Below are positions 8,956 to 19,609 of a DNA stretch of 44,221 bases, one piece after another. The position numbers and the translations under genes were made by a program. How positions within the stretch are numbered: position 1 is the first letter of the stretch; each line of letters opens with the position of its first letter. This DNA is from an uncultured Opitutia bacterium (lineage in GTDB: Bacteria; Verrucomicrobiota; Verrucomicrobiia; Opitutales; Opitutaceae), in NCBI GenBank assembly GCA_903869955.1, contig CAIQBC010000130.1, forward strand, positions 1 through 44,221. The letters are read 5' to 3'. Under the pieces are notes generated by a model that worked only from the letters and a program-made list of their open reading frames with translations, made no database searches and was not told where the DNA came from.

Positions 8956-10079
8956 TGCGACGCCACCGCTGCCAACCCCGGCCCGACTGGCGGGCCAAGG
9001 TCGAGGAGATCGGCCTCACCTACCACTCGCACGAGCACGGCCCGTATTGGGACGAGTCCGCGTGCTACGAGCTGACCGCCGCCGAGGTGGACCGCCTCGA
9101 AAGGGCCGCGCATGCGCTGCACTACCTCTGCATCGAGGCCGCCGAGGCCGTGATCAAAAACAACTGGTGGCCACGCCTCGGCATTCCGCCCGCCGCCGTG
9201 CCCGCCATCCTGCGCTCGTGGGAACGCGACGACTTCAGCCTCTATGGCCGCTTCGACCTCGCGTTCGGCGGTGGGGGTGAGCCCAAGCTCCTCGAATACA
9301 ACGCCGACACCCCCACCGCCCTCGTCGAGGCCGCCGTCGCGCAATGGTTCTGGCTGCAGGAAATGCATCCGGGCGCCGACCAGTTTAATTCCATCCATGA
9401 GCGGCTCATCGAGGCGTGGCGGCGCTGGGCCGGCACGACGGTTCATTTCAGCAGCGTCAAGGAGCACGCCGAGGATATCCAGACCGTGCTCTACCTGCGC
9501 GATACCTGCGAGCAGGCCGGCGTGGCCACCCGGGAGGTGTTCATCGAGGATATTGGCTGGAGCCGCAGCCGGGAAATTTTCGTGGATCTCGCCGGCGAGC
9601 GCATCACGCGTTGCTTCAAGCTCTATCCGTGGGAATGGCTCTGGCACGAGGAGTTCGGCGCGCACCTCGCGGGCGACCCGGTGCAGTTCATCGAGCCCGC
9701 GTGGAAAATGCTTCTCAGCAACAAGGGCCTGCTCCCTGTGCTCTGGGAACTTTTCCCGGAGCATCCCAACCTCCTCCCCGCGCATGACACCGCCGCGCCG
9801 CTCGGCCCGCGCTATGTCCGCAAACCCCGTCTCAGCCGCGAGGGGGCCAATGTCACGTGGGTCGAGGCCGGCGTAACCATCGAGGAGACCGGCGGCGACT
9901 ACGGCGAGGAAGGCTTCGTCTATCAGGCCCCGGCCGAGCTGCCCGACTTCGACGGCCAGCATCCGGTGTGCGGCGTCTGGGTCGTGGACCACGAGCCGGC
10001 CGGCCTCGGCATCCGTGAGGACGCGCGTCGCATCACTGGGAACCTCAGCCGCTTCGTGCCGCATTTTTTCCTGCCATGA
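8955..10079 (+). CDS. Glutathionylspermidine-synthase-like ATP-grasp acid-amine ligase (YjfC/YgiC family)
   Basis: PYWDES, LLEYNADTPTALVEAAVAQW, FKLYPWEW, LLSNKGLLPVLWELFPEHPNLL, YVRKPRLSREGANV, GIRED...SRFVPHFF. The ATG at 8955 shares one nt with the upstream TGA. Confidence 0.9.
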   Translation: MRRHRCQPRPDWRAKVEEIGLTYHSHEHGPYWDESACYELTAAEVDRLERAAHALHYLCIEAAEAVIKNNWWPRLGIPPAAVPAILRSWERDDFSLYGRFDLAFGGGGEPKLLEYNADTPTALVEAAVAQWFWLQEMHPGADQFNSIHERLIEAWRRWAGTTVHFSSVKEHAEDIQTVLYLRDTCEQAGVATREVFIEDIGWSRSREIFVDLAGERITRCFKLYPWEWLWHEEFGAHLAGDPVQFIEPAWKMLLSNKGLLPVLWELFPEHPNLLPAHDTAAPLGPRYVRKPRLSREGANVTWVEAGVTIEETGGDYGEEGFVYQAPAELPDFDGQHPVCGVWVVDHEPAGLGIREDARRITGNLSRFVPHFFLP

Positions 10080-11287
10080 GCTACCCCTCTGCGTCACCGC
10101 TGCGCGTCGGCTCGGCCGGGACCCTCGACGGCAAACATTACACGGTGCGTGGCCGTGCCGTGCTTTGCACGGAAGTGGATCAGGAGACGGATTACTGGCA
10201 GGAATTCAACCTCGTGGACGGGGCGGGCGGCACGGTGACGCTCGTCTTTGAGGAGGAGGAGAACGGGTGGGCGTGGAAGCTTTTCAAGCTTTTCGACCCC
10301 TCCTGCCCGCTGTCCGCAGCCGAGGCCGCCGCCAAGCGCGTGGGCCAGGGAGTGGACCTCATCGGCCGGTCGGCGCGCGTCACTCTTGTGGGCCGCTCGC
10401 GGGTGGTGCAGACCGAGGGCGAGATGTCCGAAGGGATGGCGCGCGGCAGTGTTGCCGATTATTTCAACGCCGATGCGGCTGGCGAGCAGCTCGTCGTGAG
10501 CTGGACGGGAAGTGAGGTGGAGTTTTATCGGGGCCGAAAAATCTCGGTTCAGTCGGTGAGTGCGGCGTTCGGGCTGTCACGCGCGGTGCTCGATCCAGGC
10601 CGGTCGTCATGGGGTGGGGCATCCTCTGGCTTCCAGGGCTCCGGCAGCTTCATGGAATCGTCCGGGGTGAAATTTGTGGTGATTGTCGGAGCCGTGCTGT
10701 TTTTCGGGTGGATGTTCCATGGAGTCTGGAGAGGGGGTGAGTCATCTACCACCTCCCCGCCGGTGAAACTGGCCGCCCCCTCCTTCCGCCTCGCCAATGG
10801 TGCGCGGGGCACGCTTGCCGGCACCGATTACACCGTCACCAGCCACGCGTTGGTCGAGGTGGCGGGCATCGGCGGAAAATTTGAACGGCACGAATACGGC
10901 CTCGTCGGTCCCAACGGTGCGACTGCGCTCCTCATCCACGCCTTCGACGGCGACGCCCACGACTGGCATCTGTTTCGCCCGGTCACGTCGCCGGACGGGC
11001 TCACGCCTCTCGCCGCCGCGTCGAAGCGCGCGTCGGACTCCTTCGCGTTGGACGGGGCCACGTTCAAGGTCAGCGGGCTGTTTCTCTGCCAGACGCTCGC
11101 ACAGGACGGCGACCCGGCCGCCACTCCCGCGCAGGGCGGCGTGCTCTACGGCTTCGTCGCCCGCGCCGGTGCCGACACGCTGCTCGCCCGTTGGTCGGAG
11201 TCCGCCCTCGCGCTCCGCGTCGGCCGCGCGTTGCCCGAGGCCGAGGTGCTCGCCGCGCTGGCCAGAAAACCTGAGTTCGTGAGATGA
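10076..11287 (+). CDS. Membrane protein with two DUF4178 domains separated by one TM helix
   Basis: The first domain carries GTLDGKHYTVRGRAV...DYWQEFNLVDG...WKLF. The second carries GTLAGTDYTVTSHALVEV...ERHEYGLVGPNG...WHLF. The TM helix FVVIVGAVLFFGWMF lies between them. ATGA overlap with the ligase gene. Confidence 0.75.
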   Translation: MSYPSASPLRVGSAGTLDGKHYTVRGRAVLCTEVDQETDYWQEFNLVDGAGGTVTLVFEEEENGWAWKLFKLFDPSCPLSAAEAAAKRVGQGVDLIGRSARVTLVGRSRVVQTEGEMSEGMARGSVADYFNADAAGEQLVVSWTGSEVEFYRGRKISVQSVSAAFGLSRAVLDPGRSSWGGASSGFQGSGSFMESSGVKFVVIVGAVLFFGWMFHGVWRGGESSTTSPPVKLAAPSFRLANGARGTLAGTDYTVTSHALVEVAGIGGKFERHEYGLVGPNGATALLIHAFDGDAHDWHLFRPVTSPDGLTPLAAASKRASDSFALDGATFKVSGLFLCQTLAQDGDPAATPAQGGVLYGFVARAGADTLLARWSESALALRVGRALPEAEVLAALARKPEFVR

Positions 11288-11302
11288 CGCCCCAGTTGCC
11301 GC

Positions 11303-12997
11303 TTGCCACGCGCTCAGGCAGGGCGCGAGCATCGCGCCGTGACGCCTTGGCCCCAAAATTACGCGCCGCTTGGTGGGTTCTCCGCGCTCGTCGCCGCCGT
11401 TCCCGTGGTGTTGCTGCTCGGCCTGCTGGCGTTTGCCCATGTCCGCGCGCACCGCGCGGCGCTCGCCGGGCTGCTGGCGGCGCTCGCGCTCGCGGTCGGC
11501 ATCTACGGGATGCCGGCGAAGCTCGCGCTGGCGGCGGCGGGCCTCGGCGCGGCGTTTGGGCTGTTTCCCATCGGCTGGCTCGTGCTCAACGCGATCTTCA
11601 TCTACCAGCTCTCGGTCGAGACGGGCGGTTTCGTCGTGTTGCAAAAGCAGATCGCGGGGGTTTCCTCCGACCGCCGCATTCAGGCGCTGCTGATCGCGTT
11701 CAGTTTCGGTGCGTTCATCGAGGGCGTGGCGGGCTTCGGCGCGCCGGTGGCCATCGCGGGTGCCCTGCTGATCGGGCTCGGTTTCGCGCCACTGGAGGCC
11801 GCCAAGCTTGCGCTTATCGGCAACACCGCGCCGGTCGCCTTTGGCTCGCTGGGTCTGCCCGTCACCACACTCGCCAGCGTCACCGGCCTCGATGTGCATG
11901 CGCTCAGCCAGATGGTCGGGCGGCAGTTGCCGGTGTTCTCGCTGGTCATCCCTTTCTGGCTCGTCGCGGCCCACGCGGGCTGGCGCGGCATGGTGGCCGT
12001 GTGGCCCGCCTGCCTCGCTGCCGGCGCGAGCTACGCCACGGTGCAGTTTCTCGTCAGCAACCTCCACGGCCCGTGGCTTGTGGATCTCGCGAGCGCGCTG
12101 GCCTCGATGGGCGCGCTGCTTGGGCTGCTGTGCTTCTGGCGGCCCCCCGACTCGGCTGGCGCCGTTGTCGCCGTCCCGGCGACGGAGCCGTCTGCGCTCG
12201 CGCCAACCGGCGCCGGCTTGCGCGCGTGGCTGCCGTGGGCTTTTCTCACGGGCTTCGTGTTCGTCATCGCGCTGCCGGCGGTGAAGGACGGGCTGAACGG
12301 CCTATTTGCGCCCAAGGTCGCTGTGCCCGCGCTGCACCTCGGTTTGCAACGGATGCCGCCCATTGTGAAGGCGCCCGAGTTGGAGAAGGCGGAATTCACC
12401 TTCAATGCGCTCTCGGCCACCGGCACCGCGCTGCTGCTGGCCGGAGTGGCCGCGGGCCTGTGCCTTGGCCTGCGCCCCCGTGCACTGGCCGCGCTGTATG
12501 CGCGCACCGTCTGGCGGGTGCGCGCGCCGCTGCTCACCATCGCACTGATGCTCGCGCTCGGCTACACGACGCGCTACAGCGGGGTGGACGCCACACTGGG
12601 GCTGGCGTTCGCCGCGACGGGCGGGTTGTTCCCGTTTTTCTCGCCGTTGCTCGGCTGGCTGGGCGTTGCGCTCACGGGCAGCGACACGGCGTCAAACGTC
12701 CTTTTCGGAAACCTGCAACGCGTCACCGCCGAACAGTTGCACCTCCCGCCCGTCCTGACCGCCGCCGCCAACAGCGCCGGCGGTGTCATGGGCAAGATGA
12801 TTGATGCTCAGAGCATCGTCGTCGCCGGCACCGCGACCGGCGGGAACGGTGGGACGGACGGTCGCGCCCCGGCGGCCGCAGGATCGGGCGAGATCCTGCG
12901 CGCGGTGTTCTGGCACAGTCTCGCGCTCGCCTTGCTCATGGGTGTGCTCGTGTGGCTGCAGGCGACTATTTTCCCCAGCGTGATTCCGGGCCGCTAG
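11303..12997 (+). CDS. L-lactate/glycolate permease family (LctP) transporter
   Basis: The 564-aa polytopic ORF has an N-terminus WPQNYAPLGG...LLLGLLAF like LldP/GlcA. The GTG at 11339 is an alternative start. Confidence 0.9.
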   Translation: MPRAQAGREHRAVTPWPQNYAPLGGFSALVAAVPVVLLLGLLAFAHVRAHRAALAGLLAALALAVGIYGMPAKLALAAAGLGAAFGLFPIGWLVLNAIFIYQLSVETGGFVVLQKQIAGVSSDRRIQALLIAFSFGAFIEGVAGFGAPVAIAGALLIGLGFAPLEAAKLALIGNTAPVAFGSLGLPVTTLASVTGLDVHALSQMVGRQLPVFSLVIPFWLVAAHAGWRGMVAVWPACLAAGASYATVQFLVSNLHGPWLVDLASALASMGALLGLLCFWRPPDSAGAVVAVPATEPSALAPTGAGLRAWLPWAFLTGFVFVIALPAVKDGLNGLFAPKVAVPALHLGLQRMPPIVKAPELEKAEFTFNALSATGTALLLAGVAAGLCLGLRPRALAALYARTVWRVRAPLLTIALMLALGYTTRYSGVDATLGLAFAATGGLFPFFSPLLGWLGVALTGSDTASNVLFGNLQRVTAEQLHLPPVLTAAANSAGGVMGKMIDAQSIVVAGTATGGNGGTDGRAPAAAGSGEILRAVFWHSLALALLMGVLVWLQATIFPSVIPGR

Positions 12998-13132
12998 GAA
13001 ATTTGCCGATGACGGGGATGCGGCGGCCAAGGCGGCCACTCAGGGGGTGGGCGCCCCGCCCACAACTGGCCGCGATTTGTCGCTGTGACCCGCGCCTTGA
13101 CGCTCGCGCCCGGTTGGCGGCATCGTGCGCCC

Positions 13133-13846
13133 ATGGATTCCGTCCCGCCCGCGGCGCGCAAGCTGCCGCTCGCCAAACTCGCCCTCGTTGCGCTCGTGCT
13201 TGCCGTCATCGGTTTGCTTGCGCTGCGCTGGGTTGGCCTGCCGGAGCTTAAGGTGCTGGCTAAACAATGGCTGACGGTGATGCGCGCCGCCGGGCCCCTG
13301 CCGTTCTTCGTGGCGTGGGCGGTGCTGCCGTCGTTCGGGGTGCCACTGTCAGTTTTCACCCTCAGCGCGGGGCCGATGTTTGGCGAGCGGCTCGGTCTTG
13401 GCGGCGTGCTGGCGGGGGCGGCGGCGAGCCTCGCCTGCAATCTGACCCTCACTTACTGGCTCGCGCGGCGCTGGCTGCGGCCGTGGCTGGAAAAGCTGGT
13501 GCGGCAGGCCGGCTACCAGATTCCCGAGGTCGGGCCGGATGACCGGCTGGAACTCACGCTGCTGCTGCGCATCACGCCGGGACCGCCGTATTTTTTCCAA
13601 AGCTATCTGCTTGGCCTGGCGGGCATCCCCTTCCGGCTTTATTTTACCGTCTCCCTCGCCGTGGCCATGTTGCATACGACGGGGCTGGTGATTTTTGCGG
13701 AATCCATCGCGGAGGGCAAAGGCCGGCTGGCGGTGGTGGGGGTGAGCGTTTTCATTGCCGTAATGCTGGGCATCCATCTTCTGCGGCGGCATTATGCCCG
13801 GCGGAAGACCCCGGCTGCACGTGTAGAGGGAGAGTTTAAAAAATGA
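13133..13846 (+). CDS. TVP38/TMEM64 (DedA-related) family membrane protein
   Basis: LPFFVAWAVLPSFGVPLSVFTLSAGPMFG and RITPGPPYFFQSYLLGL motifs. I prefer the ATG at 13133 over the GTG at 13085. Confidence 0.7.
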   Translation: MDSVPPAARKLPLAKLALVALVLAVIGLLALRWVGLPELKVLAKQWLTVMRAAGPLPFFVAWAVLPSFGVPLSVFTLSAGPMFGERLGLGGVLAGAAASLACNLTLTYWLARRWLRPWLEKLVRQAGYQIPEVGPDDRLELTLLLRITPGPPYFFQSYLLGLAGIPFRLYFTVSLAVAMLHTTGLVIFAESIAEGKGRLAVVGVSVFIAVMLGIHLLRRHYARRKTPAARVEGEFKK

Positions 13847-15189
13847 AGCTGCGGCCAAACCCGCCTGCCGCCGCTGAGGCGGCGGAGTTGTTTCCTCCGG
13901 GCGATTTTGGCGATGAGGCGGCCGGCCCGGCCGCGCGCGTTGAGACGGTGAGCGAGTTCACGCGCCGGCTGAAGGCCCTCATCGAGAGCGGTCTCGCGCC
14001 GTGTTGGGTGCGCGGCGAGGTGAGCAACCTCCGCGCGCAGGCGAGCGGGCATGTTTATTTCTCGCTCAAGGATGCGGGCGCGCAGGTGAGCTGTGTGCTG
14101 TTTCGTGGCGATGCGGCACGGCTGGCGGCGCCGTTGCGCGAGGCGACGCAGGTGGTCGTGTTTGGCGCGGCCGGCGTCTACGAGGCGCGTGGGCAGTATC
14201 AGCTGGTCGTGCGCGTGGTCGTCGAGGATGGGGTGGGGCGGCTGCAACGCGAGTTCGAGGCGCTCAAGCGGCGGTTGGCGGACGAGGGGCTGTTCGCGCC
14301 CGAGCGCAAGCGCGCGATTCCCCTGCTGCCGCGGTGCGTGGGATTCATCACCTCCCCGACGGGCGCGGCGGTGCAGGATTTTTTGCGCATCCTCACCCGG
14401 CGCGGCTGGCGCGGGCGCGTGGTCGTGCTGCCGGTGAAGGTGCAGGGGGAGGGCGCGGCGGCCGAGATGGAGGCCATGCTGCGGCTGGCGGGCCGGCTGG
14501 AAATCTTTGACCTGCTGGTGATCGGGCGCGGCGGCGGAAGCATCGAGGACTTGTGGGCCTTTAATGAGGAGGCGCTGGTGCGCGCGGTCGCGGCGAGCAC
14601 AGTGCCGGTCATCTCGGCGGTGGGGCACGAGATTGACTTCACACTCTGCGACTTTGCGGCGGACGTGCGCGCGGAGACGCCGAGCGCGGCGGCGGAGCTG
14701 ATCTCAAGCGCGTTTGTCGCGTTCGCGGAGCGTGTGGCGCGGGCCGGCGTGGCGCGGACTGCTGCGGTGACCGGCGGGGTGGAGCGGGCGCGCGAGCGGC
14801 TCAACCACGCGCGTTAACGGTTGCGGCTGCTCACGCCGGCGGCGCAGGTGGAGCGCGGCTGGCTGCGACTTGACGACTGTACCAACCGGCTCGCGGCCGC
14901 GCTGGCCAGGGCGGCGCAGGGCAAGCGCGAGCAACTGGCGGCGGCCCGGGCCACGCTCGTGCAACGCTCGCCCGAGACACGCGTGCAGTTCGCGTCGCAC
15001 CAGCTGCTCGCGCTGTGGAAACGCCTGCAGGCAGCCAGCCCGGCGTCGGTGCTGAACCGCGGCTTCGCCATCGTGCGCGACGAGCGGGGAAAACCAGTCG
15101 CACGCCGCGCGGGCCTGCGCGCCGGCCAGCGGCTGATGACGGAGTTCGCCGACGGTGCGGCCCCGGTGCGCGTGGAGCCGGGTGCATGA
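13843..15189 (+). pseudogene. xseA: Exodeoxyribonuclease VII large subunit split by an in-frame TAA at 14815..14817 (pseudogene, sequencing error or readthrough)
   Basis: Track ORFs 13843..14817 and 14821..15189 are in the same frame. The first carries VSEFTRRLKALIE...VRGEVSNL...GHVYFSLKD (OB fold) and the catalytic core. The second carries the C-terminal helical region and NRGFAIV. Together they span 448 codons, a normal XseA length. Confidence 0.88.
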
Positions 15190-15340
15190 TGAAAGCCGGC
15201 GGCTGTGCGGTGGTGTCCGTTCGAGGGGGTGGGCAACACTGCGGCGCGCAAATTCCATGCACAAAGTAGTGAAACTACCCAGCGGCTTCGTCGAACGGAG
15301 GCTCTTCGCGGTCCTGTGTATTCTCGATGGGGTGCGGTGA

Positions 15341-17221
<1,881 letters not shown>

Positions 17222-17257
17222 GGCAATTTTTTTGCAATCGCTGGCAAAAACATGGCG

Positions 17258-17285
17258 TTGACAGCCCCCGGCCCGACCTTAAATT
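17258..17285 (+). promoter_or_regulatory. Possible sigma70-like promoter (TTGACA, 15-16 nt spacer, TTAAAT/TAAATT)
   Basis: TTGACA at 17258..17263 and TTAAATT at 17279..17285, in the recQ-divergent intergenic region. This is a pattern match only. Confidence 0.3.
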
Positions 17286-17407
17286 CCCCTGTCACCCACA
17301 TACATGGTGAATCTTTCCGAAGACTGTTTAGACTCCCGGCGTTGCCGAGCGCACCTTTCACAGGCTTTCGTTTCTTTTGCCTCACGAGTTGAGCCAACTG
17401 CGTCCCG

Positions 17408-17710
17408 TTGACACCCGTGGCCCACCTGTCCTCCTCCCCCCGCCCGGATCAGGCCGACCCAGCGTCAGCGGCGTGCGATTTTGCCAAGCAGTCGAGCCTT
17501 TATCAGGAGTTTTTGGCCGAGCGGGAGGAGATCCTGAGGCACAAGTGGCTGGAGTCGGAGCGGTTGGGGCAGGATGTCGGTTTTGAGCGGGCGTTGCTGG
17601 ACTGGATTCGCAAGCATCGCGAGAGCTGGCGCACCGCCCGCCGCGCGCAAAGCACGCCGCCCATGCCTATGCCGCCACCGCCCGGCCCCGGCAGCGGACG
17701 GACGGGCTGA
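17408..17710 (+). CDS. Small conserved-looking hypothetical protein (HKWLESE...GxDxG...ALLDW motif, Pro-rich tail)
   Basis: 100-codon ORF with no in-frame ATG before the conserved-looking core. Candidate starts are TTG 17408 or GTG 17417. Helical core EFLAEREEILRHKWLESERLGQDVGFERALLDWIRKHRESW. Confidence 0.4.
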   Translation: MTPVAHLSSSPRPDQADPASAACDFAKQSSLYQEFLAEREEILRHKWLESERLGQDVGFERALLDWIRKHRESWRTARRAQSTPPMPMPPPPGPGSGRTG

Positions 17711-17780
17711 AACTGCTGTTCTTGGCCCGCCAGTGCGGAGTGCTCCTCTTGGTTCTGGTTCGCGTGGCTGAGCCGAATGT

Positions 17781-18752
17781 TCACACCACCCGATCTGTCA
17801 TTGGGCCGCTCCCGGTGAACGCGGCGAGGTTGGCCAGAAAATGTTCCACGATGGCCTCGTCCTGGTCGTGGCGGCCGCCGGCCGAGTGCGGCGTGCAGTA
17901 GAGGTTGGGGGTCGTCCACAGCGGGCTGTCCGACGGGAGCGGCTCGGTCTCGAACACGTCGAGGCAGGCCGCGTCGAGCCGGCCGGAGCGCAACGCCTCG
18001 ATGAGTGCGGCTTCGTCCACCGTCGTGCCGCGGCCGACGTTGTAGAAACGCGCGCCGGGCTTGAGGCACGCGAGGCGGCGGGCGTTGACGTAGCGGTGCG
18101 TGCTGGCGTTGTCGGGCAGGATGTTCACGACATGGTCGGCCAGTGGAAGCACGGCGGTGAGCTGCTCCTCGGCCACGACATGCACGCCGGTCTCGCTGCG
18201 TGCGCGGCGGCGTAACGCGTAGATTTTCATGCCAAAGGGCGCGAGCAGCGCCGTAAGCCGGCGGCCGATGGCACCGTAGCCCAACAGCAGCACCGTTTGC
18301 CCGGTGAGCAGGCGCGAGGCGGCACGGCAGGGGAGATAGTTCCAGCGATGGTCGCCGAGCTGGTCGCGGTGCGAGGCGTGGAGCTGCCGGCCGAGCGCGA
18401 GCATGAGCGCAAGGAGGTGCTGCGCGCAGGGATCGGCAAACACGCCCGACATGCACGTGAACACCGCACCGCGCGTGCGCCACGTATCTTGAAACTCCGG
18501 CGTGTCGTAGCGCGTGTAGCCGGCGCTCGTGACTTCGGCCCAACGCAGCCGAGGGGAGGCCAGGCAGGCCGCCGGGTCCGGCTGGCCGAGGGCGATGTCG
18601 GCCTCGGCCAGCGCGGGGTCGGGGCGGCCGGTGTCGAGCACCGAGGTGGAGGCGTGCGCGGCGAACACGAGCCGGTGCGGCGTGATGCCGGTGGCGAGCC
18701 GCTGCGTGGCGGCGTCAGTGAGCTTGGCGTTGGACCAGATGGTCAGTGACAT
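17781..18752 (-). CDS. D-isomer-specific 2-hydroxyacid dehydrogenase, NAD-binding
   Basis: GYGAIGRRLTALLAPFGMKIYALRR (Rossmann fold), NVGRG, DVFETEPLP, TPHSAG. Confidence 0.9.
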   Translation of the reverse strand: MSLTIWSNAKLTDAATQRLATGITPHRLVFAAHASTSVLDTGRPDPALAEADIALGQPDPAACLASPRLRWAEVTSAGYTRYDTPEFQDTWRTRGAVFTCMSGVFADPCAQHLLALMLALGRQLHASHRDQLGDHRWNYLPCRAASRLLTGQTVLLLGYGAIGRRLTALLAPFGMKIYALRRRARSETGVHVVAEEQLTAVLPLADHVVNILPDNASTHRYVNARRLACLKPGARFYNVGRGTTVDEAALIEALRSGRLDAACLDVFETEPLPSDSPLWTTPNLYCTPHSAGGRHDQDEAIVEHFLANLAAFTGSGPMTDRVV

Positions 18753-18881
18753 GGGAGGAGGATTTCAGAAAAAGATGCAGGAAACGGAAACAGGAGCCGG
18801 CTTTTCGTGGTCCGTCCATGGTCACGGAATGATTCCGCCGGTACGCGCGAGATACCCATAGCGTGGGCTACGTGGCGCCAC

Positions 18882-19487
18882 TTACTTGCTGACATCCGGT
18901 AAGTTGAGCTTCTGGCCGATCTTGAGCTTCGTCCAGTCCACGCCGGGATTGACGAGCGCGAGATTCACCAGCCTCGTGCCAAGCTGTTGGGCGATGGACG
19001 CTCCGGTGTCGCCGGCCTTCACCACATAGGTTTCCCCGGTGGTGGGGGTTGTGGTGCCAGAGGGCGTGGCGCCTCCGAACGGCTCCACCACGAGTGCGAA
19101 GGGCATGGCGGCGTTGGCGGATGTCACGAAATTTTTTTGCCGGTTGCTGACGAAGCGTAGCTTGCCGCCGACGGAGACCCGCGCCTCAAGGCGCGTGCGG
19201 TGCGGCGGCTGGATGTCCTCCGCCTTGTAGTCGAGCTGGAGCGCCACAGGGGCCGCACCCGGCGGCGCGACCGACTGCGAGGTGAGCGGCAGGTCGTCGC
19301 GCGCGACGTCGAGTAGGAGTACGGTGACACTGGCGTCGGCCGGCAGCGTAACTCCGTCGGACCAGCCGACGGTGACGTTGAGCACCTGGTTGCCCGTCGC
19401 CAGCGGCGTGGTGTCAACATATTGACAACCGGTGAGGGCAAGCAGGCCAGCGGACAGCGTGGCGGAGAGCAGGCGGGGAATTTTCAT
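18882..19487 (-). CDS. Lipoprotein with a YbaY/YscW-like domain and a C-terminal LysM domain
   Basis: Start at MKIPRLLSATLSAGLLALTGCQ (lipobox). LPADASVTVLLLDVARDD...RLEARVSVGGKLRF resembles YbaY. YVVKAGDTGASIAQQLG...IGQKLNLP is a LysM domain. Confidence 0.8.
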   Translation of the reverse strand: MKIPRLLSATLSAGLLALTGCQYVDTTPLATGNQVLNVTVGWSDGVTLPADASVTVLLLDVARDDLPLTSQSVAPPGAAPVALQLDYKAEDIQPPHRTRLEARVSVGGKLRFVSNRQKNFVTSANAAMPFALVVEPFGGATPSGTTTPTTGETYVVKAGDTGASIAQQLGTRLVNLALVNPGVDWTKLKIGQKLNLPDVSK

Positions 19488-19609
19488 GGCGGCGGGGGAG
19501 GGCGCGGCCACACGACACCGTAATTCGTCCGCGTCGGCAAGCCCGGAAAATGGTTGGCCAAATGCCGTCTTGCGGTGTGCCCGCGAAAACATTCAGTCGG
19601 CCCGTGCCT

